From: Octopus bimaculoides
Taxonomy: Eukaryota
Assembly (NCBI RefSeq): GCF_001194135.2
Contig: NC_068982.1
Coordinates: forward strand, 85,052,409-85,116,408
DNA length: 64,000 nt
Reading direction: 5' to 3'
Below the pieces are notes generated by a model. It did not search any database. It was not told the DNA's origin and saw only the letters and a list, made by a program, of their open reading frames with translations. The translations under genes and the position numbers were made by a program. Positions 36,237 through 49,129 of the stretch are shown piece by piece (the first letter of the stretch is position 1; each line of letters starts with the position of its first letter).

Positions 36237-36506
36237 CTTAATTTTAATACTTTGTCCTTGTGGTAGGCCTCATCATCAGCAGATTTATCAAGAGCAGTAT
36301 CGTCAGGGTTTGTCTCCAATTTAGCATTATTTATTGCATGACTACTTGTAGTTTTGACTTCTTTCATATCTCTTTCCCCTTCTCTGTTATGACCATTCTC
36401 TTTGCAAGCAGTCTCTTCCTCACTCTCATTACCTTTAGTGTAAAACTCATCAACTCCATTCTCCAAGAAGTCAGCTATGGAGCTAAGTAGGCCACTAGCA
36501 AGAGCA
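36237..36506 (-). CDS. MAP3K4: MAP3K4-like exon: (S)ALASGLLSSIADFLENGVDEFYTK...KVLKL(R)
   Basis: Acceptor ttacttgcag|T and donor AG|gtaaat; 270 nt, phase 2 to 2, joining in frame with both neighbours. The N-terminal part resembles CDIAGMLLKSTGSFLEFG. Confidence 0.87.
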
Positions 36507-36904
36507 CTGCAAGTAAAGCATATATATTTCCAAATGCACTTATTTGAGAATGAAATGGATTTAATATAAACAGACAATCTAGAGAGCAACAAGAAAAAGA
36601 CATTTAACTATAGAATTGCCTCCTACATGCATATTTTTCCTCAACCAAACATTTAATAGTTCAAACTGAACATTAAACTGTGCTACCTTCACCAATGCCC
36701 CCAAAACCCCTATGACTATGAACATTCTGCTACAGATTCCTTCTGAGATAATGAATTATTTTTTTAATAGAGATAAGTTATATGTTTTACTTCTGTTTCA
36801 TATTTTATATGCTGTTCATAAAAAGATTTATACTTACACAAAACACCTTCCAAACTGATTTTACCATTCTAAAGATATAATCAGCTTATTTCTCACCTGT
36901 TTAA

Positions 36905-38734
36905 CCCTTTTGCATTCAGATTAATCTGTCAAATGTAATGTTTATTTGTTCACATTACTTTGAATTATTCAGGTTCAAGAGAGTGTCCACAATATTTGCT
37001 TGTAACTTTGTTAATTTTTTACATACCGATTTGAAATTTTGTCAGTGGGTGCTTATATACCAGTGGTTTATAGTTATGTAATTTTAGCTGATCTTTCTGA
37101 TTAAATTTGATTTTTATGGGCAAGTAAATTTAATTAACAGGTGTAAAAGCAACAACATTATGGATAAACACTAAAAATGAAATTCTTAATGCATCTTACC
37201 TGTTTAATTTTTTATTAAAATTATCCCAGATCTCAACCGCCAACAATTTTGCCACTTTTCAAGATGAAGTACATTTATTTGAATTAATTAAAATACAGGT
37301 ATGATTGGTACAAGATTTCATTCTTTCTCTATATTTCATTCAAACATTTTCATTGAAAATAAAGTACAAAACTCTTTTACCAGACAATATACCATTGGCT
37401 ATGTATTCTTATACAATTTAATGAATACATTTACATAACAGAATGCATCTAATAAAAAAAAACTCATTAACAGGTGAGACAAAGGTGAATACAGGTGTGT
37501 AACATACTGAAAATTAATATGTATTTCCCACTTTCACATATTATTTGTAATAAAATGAAAGGAATATATGATAGTATTAATATCAAACAACAAAATTTAG
37601 TTATGTCATATTTCTATCGTGAAACTATCCAAAGCACCCTTTACACAAGGTACTTTGCAAAACAAACACATACATGAGGTCGTGACTTGATATCCTTTTG
37701 CAGTTTTTCTTTTTTGCAGTGAACACAGTCTGCAAACTTTTTTCCTTCCATTTATTTTTTCCACTTTATAGAGGTTAATATTTCCTCTGTTGACATCCAC
37801 CTCAGTTAATTTTGCTTTTCTCCCAGTTCTGTGCTTTCGGAAGAAAAGCCCTCATGTAGCTGAGATTCAATGTCAACCTGAAATTTTAAATATTCATAGT
37901 CCTTTGGTGGTGGAGGTACCTTGTGGCTTTTTACATAAACAATATATTAAGTCACTATAGTTAGACATAATACTGGAGATATATGGATCACCATACATTA
38001 CATCAAGACTCCAGTAGTTCCACAGTTGAGGAAGCTGCTTGAAACCAAGCATAATGTTTACAGTGAAAAAGCTCACATTTCTGCAGTATCAGTTGGCTGC
38101 CATAGAGAATCGGGTCTTCCATGAATAGAAATCATGTGTTGAGTATATTTGTTTCTCCCACAACAGTTTCAGAAAAACTTTTCAGTAAAAATAATAAAAA
38201 AAAAGGTCAAATGGCTGAGCATCAGGAAGTAGTCTTTTCTGTGAAATCAGGAATTGTGGTTGATGTAGTAATCTTCAACCATGTTGCTGTAATGCTTGCA
38301 ATGTCATTTTCATCACTTTAATTTTTATCACTTTCATTATCAAAATCTTCCACATCCAATGAAGATTCATAAATATCAATATCAGATTCATCTTTAGACA
38401 AATCACTGTTGTTTTCATTTATATTTTGTACATCATCAAAAGTAAAACCTTTGAAGTTGTAATCGCTACTTGCTGATGCCATATTGTTAAGAACTAAGAT
38501 ATACACTTCTCTTCAAACATTGAAAATACCAAGAAGTTTCAAAACTTTCATGGTATTTTTACTTGAATAAAGGCAGGAAAGGCTTTATCTCACATTATCT
38601 CAAAGCTACGAGAATTCAATAATGTGATTTGTTTATTTTCTTAGCGATTTCTTAGAGGAATCAGATACAGCCAGATCTGGCCGGTTCAAACTAATAATGG
38701 GAAATTATCTTCAGCCAGTCTGAACTTTAAAGGG
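36905..38734 (-). mobile_element. Internally deleted piggyBac transposon (1830 bp)
   Basis: TTAA TSDs at 36901-04 and 38735-38, termini cccttttgcattcaga / ccctttaaagttcaga. Acidic N-terminus, LPQLWNYWS motif and Cys-rich C-terminus VCRLCS...MCLFCKVPC; catalytic core missing. Confidence 0.88.
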
Positions 38735-38767
38735 TTAAACAAAAACATTCAATACAGTTGTTTTTAC

Positions 38768-38925
38768 CTAAAACGTTTTCCTGCTTCTGCTTCTCCACCA
38801 ATGACAAAAGGGCAGATTGACTTTGTAAATGCCCATTCTTCTTCTAAAGTATTCTTCAAACTCTGAGATGCATCAGGTAAATTTTGCAGATTATTCATCC
38901 AATTTTGTAGGTAGTTGAAATAAAC
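38768..38925 (-). CDS. MAP3K4: MAP3K4/MEKK4-like exon (first visible): VYFNYLQNWMNNLQNLPDASQSLKNTLEEEWAFTKSICPFVIGGEAEAGKRF
   Basis: Acceptor ttcaatag|GTT and donor AG|gtaaaa; 158 nt, phase 0 to 2. The peptide resembles human MAP3K4 VYFDYMRSWIQMLQQLPQASHSLKNLLEEEWNFTKEITHYIRGGEAQAGKLF (recalled). Confidence 0.92.
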
Positions 38926-39249
38926 CTATTGAAGTAAGATTGAAAGCAAACAAAGATTGGTCAGATACTAATAAAGAAATTATTTACAAACTTGCTCTAA
39001 AATTTTATCTTGCACATATTCTTTTTCTGAAGAGTAGCAGAATAGTAAATAATAATACAGTAGACAGGAGAAATGTTGAAGGAAAGAGGTATGATGTGGA
39101 GAAAAGCAGACATAGTGCATGGGGAGAGCAAGAGATGCATGGTGGTGGGGAAGGTGAGATGATTTAGTGGCACAGAAGATTTATCAATATAAAGTGTAAA
39201 TTAAAAGGAACTGTCTTGAAAGAGAAGAATGGATATGAAAAGAAATGGT

Positions 39250-41480
39250 TCTGAGAAGTGAAAAAGATAAGTGGAATCAGTGAAAAACTGGTGAAATATG
39301 TAGTTCTGCCCACATTTACTTATTTCAGCAGAATGCTGTTAGACACATGAAGAGAGGTCAGTGACAGAAAGATGATGGGTGGTGGAGATGGCTTGATGAG
39401 GAAATTGAGCAAGGGGCTCATTTGTGCATATATATGCAATGGGCTTTCAGAATCTCAGTTTTGCAGAGATGTGTGAATCCTCTAAAAATATCACATATCA
39501 CCAGTCATCTCCTCTGTGGAGACATGTGAATTCTCTCAAATATCACATATCACCAGTCATCTCCTTTGTGAGGTTAAAGGTCTTCAAATCAGCCTTTACT
39601 ACTTTATCCATCGTTTTCTTGGGCTTCTCACTGCTACAAATTCCATCTACATTTAAGTGACTGGCACTTCTTAACACAGCTGTCCTCATCCATATGCATC
39701 ACATGTTCATACCAGTGCAGTTTTCTTTCTTGCACCTAACATCTGATTTCTCTTATGACTAATTTTTCTCTTAACACATTCACACTTTTTTAATTCATGC
39801 ATACATACACTGTACATCCAAAAGAGCATGCTGGCTTCATTTTTTTTCTGTCAAATTCTCTACATTCAAAGCCCATGTCTCATTAACATGTAACATTGTA
39901 GTTTTTAACAAAAGCCTTTCACTATGAAAGAAAAGATCTATATTGGCAGTAGTGGTAGTAGCTCCCTGAACTTTTTCCAACCTGTTTTAATCCTGACTAC
40001 CAAACTTTCAGTGCAATCAGCTACCCTGCATAATACATCTCTGAGGTAACAAAAGCTATTAACAGCTTCTAGTCAGTTACCTGGGTATTTAAGGAAATAT
40101 ATTTCCGGTGTGCTCATAGTACACCATGCTTCTGTACATCTGTCACCTTCAAAAGTTGTTTTCTTCACTTGTGGTTCTACTATACCTCTTAAGTGTCCAT
40201 ATCCTACATTTGATACAACATATGGAGCTTATACTCTTTTTCTGCATATAGAGTAATGCCATTTCATGACGAAACCAGTCCTATCTTATTTCCTACATAT
40301 TAAAACCTTCATCTCTGCTAAGTTCACCCTAAGATCTCTTGATTTCAGGTTTAGCAGCCCATGCCTCAAATTTCTTCTCTAATTTCACTAAAGGTTCAGC
40401 TATGAGAATTAGATCATCAACATACAGTTGCTCCCATGGTCAGCCAGTCATAAACTCAGTTGTAATGGCCTTTAGCACTATGATGAACAGAAGAGAACTG
40501 AGGATTGAGACTTAATGGATTCCTACCTTCCCAGTAAATTCATCACTGAAATCGTTATTGACTCTCACTTCCTGCATCTTTGTGCATATTTTGTACAGCC
40601 TCACACACAAGTCATTTGTCTACACTTAGTTTCTTCAAAGACTGCCAAATACTGAGCATGGAACTGAGCATGTCATATGCTTTCTCATGATCAATTTAGA
40701 GTTTATTTTTAGCCAAGTATTTCTCTTTCATTTGTCTCACAAGCAAGATTGCCTCCATGGTGTTTCTTATGGGGCAAAGTCAAACTGCATCTCAACTAGG
40801 TTGACTGTCACAACTTAATTGTGCTACCACTCTCTCTATTATCTTCATAACCTAATCTAGTAGTGTGATTCCTCTATAATTTCCTCTCTCATAGGCAACT
40901 CCTTTGTAGCAGTTTACAATGATACTGCTTCAGAAATTACTGGGTGTAACACTTTCCTGATTAACTATCCAGGCAGTAATCATGCATCTCACCTAACCAG
41001 ATATTTTGAGCATCTCTGCAATTATCCCTAATGAACCTGAAGTTTTCGCTTCCTTCATATCCTCAATAACATTATCCATCACTCTGTGATTAACTTGAAT
41101 TGTTGGCTCCTTGTTGGGTTTGCATGAGGTAGCTCCTCTCTATACTAAACATTCTACATGTTCAACAGTCTTGTCACATAACAAAACCTCCAGGTCATTT
41201 CTTATCTTCCATATTGATGGTGAATATGTCTTCATCATTCTAAATAAACTTCTCACTAATGACATCTTGGTTGCCGCTAACACACTGTTCTGAACACCTA
41301 AATTATTCATGCCTGTCTAGCCATTCTCCTAGCCATTTAGTAGTGCTCTCTATTATCAACTTCCCTTCAGGTTTTCCAAGCTTGTTACTTACCCTTTGCT
41401 GCCAGATCAGTGTGTTATTCTACCACTACAACACCTTTGGTTTGGCTGGGATATTACTCCAGCCATGTATCTAATCTGTT
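39250..41480 (-). mobile_element. Decayed RTE-clade LINE
   Basis: Reverse-complement similarity to the RTE copies at 768-4325 and 49130-52160. Includes a ~40-bp tandem duplication at ~39487-39570. Confidence 0.8.
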
Positions 41481-41489
41481 ACCCAATGC

Positions 41490-41800
41490 ATAGATGACAA
41501 TATTCGGAAGAAACATTAAAAAGGTTAATTTCTTGGATATTTTATTGGATCATCACATCAGGCTTTACTATCTTACCGTAAGCTGAATAAAAAATGTACT
41601 ATATCCACAAATTTTCTAACCACCTCAAATATACACTTAATGGATTAGTAAGAATATTTCAACTAGGATTTCTACACTTTCTGCAAATAAGCAGGTATTC
41701 CATAATGATGCTGATTATTATAATGAGGCACTTAGATAAAGTGGTTTTCAAGAATGTACTGAACATATAACAAATATCTACAAAAATCAGGATAATTCAA
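41490..41800 (+). mobile_element. Penelope-like element RT/thumb fragment
   Basis: VNFLDILL...ISKNISTRISTLSANKQVFHNDADYYNEALR*SGF resembles the PLE FLDV...RIS.LSS....F....Y..AL..SG motif. Confidence 0.65.
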
Positions 41801-41919
41801 CTACAAAATAGAGCAGTAGAAGGAGATTAAAAAATGACCATAATATATTACTAATAGTAATAAGTGTAGTTACAACAACAACAGTAATGCAAATAATAAT
41901 GATGATGAGAAAGTGTGTA

Positions 41920-41966
<47 letters not shown>

Positions 41967-42489
41967 AATAGAAATGTACACGTTTCCAAAATTGAAGAGA
42001 AAGAGAGAAAAAAATCAAAAATAGAAATTAATGAGAGAAAAAAATCTAGAATAAAACTAACATAGAACTAACTTACTAATGTTGATGAGGAAGAAGAAAC
42101 AACTGTTTTCATTTAGCCCTGGTTTAGATGATAGTTCATAAAACACAACTGAAACACAACTTCAAAATAATAGTTTTATATAACAGCTAACAATATGATT
42201 TAATATGACTTATTTATTCAAAAACAGTATGAGAAACTGGAAGACTGTTCTGACTGCAGCTGGAAGTGAAATTGGACAAGTCAGCATCTAGAGGTGAATC
42301 TTTCGAGGAGACTCTGTGTCACCCTTACTATTTATTGTTAGTATGTTACCACTCTCCATGATACTGAGAAAGATTGGAGCAAGTTAAAAACTGAGACCAA
42401 TCAATCACAAATGATTTGAAACTTTACAAAAGTCAATTGGATTCCCTCATTCAGTCTGTACAAATTTTCTGTCAAGACACCCAAATGGC

Positions 42490-43740
42490 ATTTTATGTAA
42501 GAAAATTGCAGTTATTGAACTGGGGAAAGGGTCAAAAGTAGACAGCAGTGGAATACAGCTTCCAGATGATGAGTGGATAAAGAGAAGTGAATGGAAAAGG
42601 TTACAGGTATCTTGGTATTAGGCCAGATGATGAACATCAAGATGAAGGAAGAAATTTCTTCTGAACAGACTAGAAGAGTAAAACTATGTAGATCTAATCT
42701 AAATGGATGAACCTGATTAGAGGTGTCAATGTGAGGGCTGTAGGTGTAATATGTCACTACATAGGAGTTGTGGAATGGACAAAGGAAGAACTTGTCAACA
42801 TGGATAGAAAACTAAGAAGGTAATGGCTATGCATACTAGAAGTAATGTAGCAAGGCTTACTTACCTAAAAAGGAAGGTGGAAGAGGACTGGTTGAAATAG
42901 AGGATAGTATTGTGAAGGAGATCAAGTCCTTGCACGCCTATCTGAAAGAATTTTGCAGGCTGCACTGAGTGGGGTGATCAGTGACAATGATGAGACCCTA
43001 AAGGAGTACAAAATGAGGACTAATAGAAAAAAGATTATTCATTGGAAAGAGAAACTCTTACACAGAGAGTTTTCCAACAAACATAAAATGAAGCTGATGA
43101 ATAATCCCAGAAATGGTTAAGACATGGTTTTTTTCAAAAGAGACAGAAGGACTGATTCTTGCACCCAAGAAGCAACTTTATGAACCAATTCAATCAAGTG
43201 CAGCATTGATAAGACAGCAGTATCACCTTTGAGACAGGCATATAATTAGTGGATGCTCAAAACCGGAACAAACAAAAGGAGTACAAAAAATGCCATAACA
43301 AAGTGGCAGTGTGAATACACTGGAAGTTATAAAAGTATGAGCTAGAATGTTTCATCAAGTGGTATGAGCACCAACCTTTGCTAGAATCAGAAAATGATCA
43401 GGTGAAACTTCATCAATGTAGCTATACTTGCAGACCAGAATATTGTGAAGAAGAAAGATGATGGGAAAGTCAGGAAGTACCAAGATCTGGGATTGGAAGT
43501 TAAAAAAATTCATAGAACTTCTAAAGTGAGTGTGGTACCTATTGTAATCAGTGTGCTTGAGACCATCTCAAAGAGAGCAATATTCTAACATCAAAAGCTA
43601 CAAATACATAACTTCATAGGAAGTATTCAGTTGGCAGCAATACTTGGAACAACTCATATGCTGAGAAAAGTGCTGCCTCTCTAAGCTGTAGGATGGAGCT
43701 GAGACATGACAGAAATAAATCAAGAGAAGTAAATAAATAA
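42490..43740 (+). mobile_element. R4/Dong-like non-LTR 3' half (RT end, CCHC, REL endonuclease), decayed
   Basis: YRYLGI, VEWTKEELVNMDRK, RLYLPKKEGGRGL, RPDIV-like and AILGTTHMLRKVL motifs; ends in an (aat)-rich tail. Confidence 0.85.
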
Positions 43741-43869
43741 TAATAATCATAATTAATAGTTATTATTAGATAATTGAAAAGAACAGATAGCATGGTACTG
43801 TAAGCTGCTATTAACAAGTGTGTTATGCATGCAAGACTCTAGGAGTTCCAACAACAACAGCAGCAACAA

Positions 43870-44745
43870 CAACAACAAAGCCTAGCAGAGTATTTACAGA
43901 ACAGCATAGAAAAACTACTAAAGGCAGTGGATAAAGAACAGGTGATCAAGAGTGTAATGGGAGAAAAGGACAAGAATGAAATTCAAAGAGAGCATGTCAG
44001 ACAGATCGAAGAGAAACCTTTACATAGCCAATATTGGAAAGCCACTGAGGATGTACATGGAACAAGATCCTGAACTTGATTTAAAAAAGGGCAATTAATA
44101 AAAGAAACAAGAGAGCCTAATTGTAGCAACCTAAGATCAAGTGATAAAAACAAACAACTTGAGATAAAATATAAATGGAGAGAATGTGCCAGAAAAATGT
44201 AGAGTCTGTGGAACTTGGAACAAGACAGTGGCATGCATTGTAACAGAATACCTCAAGTTGGCACAGGAAGAATATAAGAAATGGAGGCACGGCCAAGTTG
44301 TAAAAGTTTTACACTGGAAACTTAGCCAGAAATGGGGAGTTGAAGCTGGAAACACATGGTACAATCATCAAGTCAAAAGAGTACTGGAGTTGGATAAATG
44401 TAAGATTTTGTAGGACTTTCCAATCCAAATGGACAAGAAGTTAGAAAATAATAGACTGGGCATAAGAAATATAGACAAGGAAAAGTGAAGTTGTTTACTA
44501 ATTGGCCCATTATGCCCATTTGGTTCCAGGATCATAAAAAAAAAGACGACGAAAAACAAAAAAAAAAAAATACAATCCCTTACAATTTGAAATAGGAAGA
44601 ATTTGGAGTATGAAAACTGTAAAGGTTTGTGCCTATAATAATTGGTACCCTGGGAACAGTAAGCAAAGATATAGACAAATGGCTGAAGGAGACTGGAATA
44701 GAATGCTCTGTAGAGCTCCTACAGAAAGTTTATCTTTTAGGGATG
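43870..44745 (+). mobile_element. Second R4/Dong-like 3' fragment
   Basis: KCRVCG...TVACIVTEYLKLAQEEYKKWRHGQVVKVLHW (CCHC/RH motif) and PIIIGTLGTV. Confidence 0.8.
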
Positions 44746-45089
44746 ACAAGAATTATCATTAATATGACCGGTGAGACACACACTGTGTTTTATTATGTAT
44801 GATGCATATAATGATAGTTCTATTGTGTGTATGTGCATCTTTATATATGAATATATATGTACATATATATATTTGTGTGTGTATGTGTGTGTATGATTAT
44901 TCAGTTTTATTTCAAGATTTCTTGCCAATAGAGAAAGAGCGAGTTTCTAATCTAGATCCAAAGCTCCTTCATTGGAATTTCAACAACATCAACAGGGTAT
45001 TTTTGTATGCATGTATTTATATGTGCAGATTTGTATGTTTTATTTTATGTATGTATTCTCATGCATATAGTTGCATATTTAGACATGCT

Positions 45090-47390
45090 CTTAAATACTT
45101 AAATGATAAACTTCTGGAAAGTTTTACAGATTTTTACAGTTCCAGTGATTGATTGGATCTGTAGTCTTTGAATTAGCTTTCTCCTTTCTGGTTTTGAGAA
45201 GCCGAATTTCTCAAGATTGGTATTTAGGCAGCATGTTACATATACCAGTGTTCCAATAATCACAGGCATAAATCTGAACTTATAATCTGGGTAGAGCAAT
45301 TCTCTTTTTCACTGATCTTCAGCTTTATGTTAATATCCACTGGGCAGTTGATTTCCACAACTGTACACAGTTTCTCTTCTCTATGCTAAATCACTATATC
45401 AGGTCTATTGGGTTTACATTTTATTGAGTTTTTCACTGGGACATGCTACCATTACTCCTTTTTATTATGAGTGGTTACAGCTTCTACCATAATGTGAATT
45501 CCTATTTCTTTGTCCTTGGGGTTATCCTTCTGATGGACCTCATTATACAGTGTCCTAGCTACAACATCATGTCTCATTGGTAGATAATACCGTGATGATA
45601 TTTTCAGACAACTGCTTGTGATGTGGGTGATATCTTCAGTGTTAACTCCACAAATTCTGCATCACTTGTCACATTTTGCTGCTTTTTCTGCATCCCTGTC
45701 CATTTTGTGCATCAGGTATTTGGTTCATATCCCTATTCCTGCATGCATGGTCTTCTGCTGATATAAGCTCATCCTTTCATCTGATATGTTGCGATAGGGT
45801 TATGTGACTTCTTTAAGCATATATTCAAAGTCAACAGACAAGGAATGCTAGTCAAGGAGCTGCTTTCCAAGTCTCATGATGTTATCAGGCTCATGTATGC
45901 AAACTTGGTCAAGGAACACATTTCAACAATTGGCAGTTAAAGATGTTGCAAAGGGATGTGATATGACATGCAAAGGCAGTCTAGATTGGTGTTAAATTTC
46001 TATTGCCTTGTATTCATTTTAGGTAGAGTCAGTCTACACCACTGTTGATGTGGAAATTATGTGTGTTGGTTAGTATCTTCTGGGTTTTCACATCAATGGC
46101 TCAGATCTCATCAAGCATCCAATCAAGCAGCCCAAATGTTGGTATGAGTACTGGCACTGCAAACACAATTGTAGGCCACTGTTTTATTAAATGCAGAGAG
46201 TTCCGAGGTACAAATTTTCTTTGTTCAACTGTAATAGTCTTTAGTGACACGTGTCTTATTACAGATGCCATTGTAAGATATGTTTTCATCTACCCCAAGA
46301 TACCAGTAATATCCCTCATCAGATATAGGGGAAACAGTTAAGTCATTGATGGAAGTGTTGCTAGTCTGGTTTACAGTTTTCCCTCTTTTCACAACCATTA
46401 TAGCAACATTTATCCTGACCAAACTCCAGCCCTATATCCTTTGAGAACTTGTAACCAGGTCAAGGCTCTTTTTCATTTCATGCATATTTTTTGCATATAG
46501 TTCAATTCATCCACAAGGCGTAATTTTGGTATTTCTGTTTCCTTGTGAACCAGTGAGATATCTTTCAGACTTCCTTAACATGAATGACAAAGAGTTTACA
46601 GAAATTATAAACATCACAGAGGCTGTCCTCTTGGAATACAACCACTCCTTGTATTTAATTTCAAGATGGTGGCCCACAATGAAGTCAGGTCAACTATGGT
46701 TTTGACTATGCTCGCTGGAACTTTAGCAAGTTGAAGGCTTCTAGGCTCCATGAGTGGAGGACACGGTCAAAGGCTTTCTTGTAGTCCAGCCACATTGAAA
46801 TGAGGTTCATCCTATGCTCCCGCACCTCTGACATAACAGTTTTGCTTATTAACAGTTGCTCAGCACATCCTCAGGCTCCCTTCTTCTCAGCTGCTTTTCT
46901 GCTGTGATGATGTTATTACTTTCCCAATGATCTTGCAGGAAGAGGTTTAAACATGCTGTATATATTTTATACATTAAGTTCTGGCAGGCCAGTAATTTTT
47001 TGCCAAGTGGATGGCTCTGCATTTGGGGATCAGTTTTGCTTTTGCCAGAGCTAAACAGTATGGTATGCTAATGTTCCCATTGAGAACTTACTGGTACAGT
47101 TTATAAGATATCAGTAGAAGGTTAGCTTCTTGTACCAGTATCCAACAATCAAGTCTCTTCCAGGTGCTTTTCCATCCTGAAGTTTCTGGATTACAGTCAT
47201 AAGGGTAGCACCATCAATGCTGTATGTCTCAGGTGTAATGCAGGGACAATAACTTTGAATTTCTTCCAGCAACTGAGCTGGTTAAACTACTACTCTCCAC
47301 TCCAGATTTTCCTCCAAGAGCCTGTGTCTTCTTGTGAAGTAACTTCTGTGATGTTCACTGCTTCTCCTCTCATGTCTCTATATACTGCTG
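45090..47390 (-). mobile_element. R4/NeSL-like RLE-type non-LTR retrotransposon, decayed
   Basis: YWYLGVDENISYNG...RVTKDYY (RT) and the C-terminus LYPDYKFRFMPVIIGTL...LQIQSITGTVKICKTF. Confidence 0.8.
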
Positions 47391-47439
47391 TCTGGTTCTG
47401 GTTAAATATTTTTATATATGTATGTATGTACATACGTAG

Positions 47440-47720
47440 ATAAATGTTAGAGAATTGAATGAATGACATCCTTTATTTAAAATCAGAACAATTATTTTGA
47501 GACATATTTACAGCCAGAGTACATTGGTGAGATGTTGTATAATTATTATCATGCATCCAAGATGTAAAATTCACCTTCTCAGGTGATTGTTGAAATAAGT
47601 TCTTCATTAGAGAATGCCTACCCATAGTGATGTCATATTCAGCAGTTTACCAACAAAACTAAGCTCATAGATATAGTGACAAAATACAATTATAATCAAA
47701 ATACAAAAATAATGAAATGG
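47440..47720 (+). mobile_element. Penelope-like linker fragment
   Basis: 47560-47655 is homologous to 55720-55850 on the minus strand (gtgattgtt.aaataagt.cttcattaga...atagtgatg...cagcagtttacc). Confidence 0.5.
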
Positions 47721-48109
47721 AAAAAAAAAAGGACCAGGTTGACTAAATTACAATTCTATCTTCATGGTCAGATTATGAGGACGAAAGTGCAAAACAGAAT
47801 GAAGAATAAAGAGATAATAAAATGATAAAACTTTTAAGAGATAATAAAGTGATAATGTGACGAAAACTGATACTTTCATTACTTATTAACTGTTAATTTG
47901 TTTCTGTGAAGGATCTAAATTATTCAGTCTTTCACCACAAAACAACTAGCTCCATTCTACACCCCAATTAGCCTCTGCTTTAAGTTAATCTATTACCATT
48001 TAGGTTTATATCTGTTTTTGGAATAAATAGAAAAAACATTAGTAGGTATCATTACCTACCTCATATACATATTCTTCCATCCCCAACCTACAAGATATTG
48101 TTTTATATA

Positions 48110-48590
48110 TATATATATATATAAAGTTAACAGAATGAGATAAAAATCTAAGGCTGTGAAAGATTTCAGAACATTTATAAAGAGAAGGTCTTACAGCTGT
48201 TTCCAGGATATTTTATATATCCCTTCATTGGAGACGGTGTGTGAAAATGGTTAAGCAATAGTTATTCTAGAGAAGATAAGAAACAGAGAGTGAAGCGGAG
48301 GAATGAAAACAGACATGAGATATGCAGGGATATTGTATCTGCAGTTCCATTATTTAAGCAGAATAGTATACATATAAGTTTCCTGTACTTTGTGTGTAAG
48401 TTCCAATAGTATTTAAAATTGGTCATTCCAAGCATAGAGCTTGTAAACGGTGTTACTGAATCGAGGTTTTTTTTAAAGTCCTCATTCGCATAATCACCGA
48501 ACCTGGAGCTTAACTATAGTCTGTCCATAGCACTTACTCAGCATTACCTGACATGGTCTTCTTGACACCATTACCTTTCATAACCTATAT
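48110..48590 (-). mobile_element. Penelope-like 3' terminal repeat with hammerhead motif
   Basis: Non-coding block between TA microsatellites that contains the hammerhead at 48188-48235. Confidence 0.55.
48188..48235 (-). ncRNA. Minimal type-I hammerhead motif, core decayed (CCAAUGA)
   Basis: gtct-CCAATGA-a-gggata-tataaaa-tatcct-g-GAAA-CAGCTG-TA-agac: stems I and II pair, palindromic ACAGCUGU stem III, GUA site. Confidence 0.7.
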
Positions 48591-48887
48591 ATATATATAC
48601 ATTTATGAATTTATGTTGCAAGATTTCTGATGTGAAACTGTGTTGAAACAGATATTGTCTGGAATGGACTAGGCAGAGTAGGAGGACACACGTGGATGGA
48701 AAAGGGTGCTGAAGAGGTCACAGATGTGTGATGAACGATTTCCAGACAATGGACATCAGATAAAATAAGAACAATAATAAATGAGTGAAGGACAAATATA
48801 TAGTGCATATGTTTATTTGGCAAAAACAAGAAAAAAATGACCATCGTGAAGTGTAATGAGAAATTTATATGTATGTATGTATGTATG

Positions 48888-48939
<52 letters not shown>

Positions 48940-49129
48940 TATACATACATACTTCTTAGTAATATTCTCACTATTGTTACAGTTTATAACCATATCAATA
49001 CATGCTGGGTGTAAAGTTTAACCCAAATACGTAGTACTGTGTATATCTTTATATAGCCACAAATGTATGTATATATACAAACACACACATGCAGCTATCT
49101 ATGCATGCACATATATATCATCATCAACA

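Noticed and set aside
48654-48750. Hammerhead-like CTGAAGA-g-gtcaca-gatg-tgtgat-GAA inside an 11-bp inverted repeat
   Set aside because: Stem II is good, but A15.1/stem III is missing and no stem I pairs next to the core. At best a degenerate relic.
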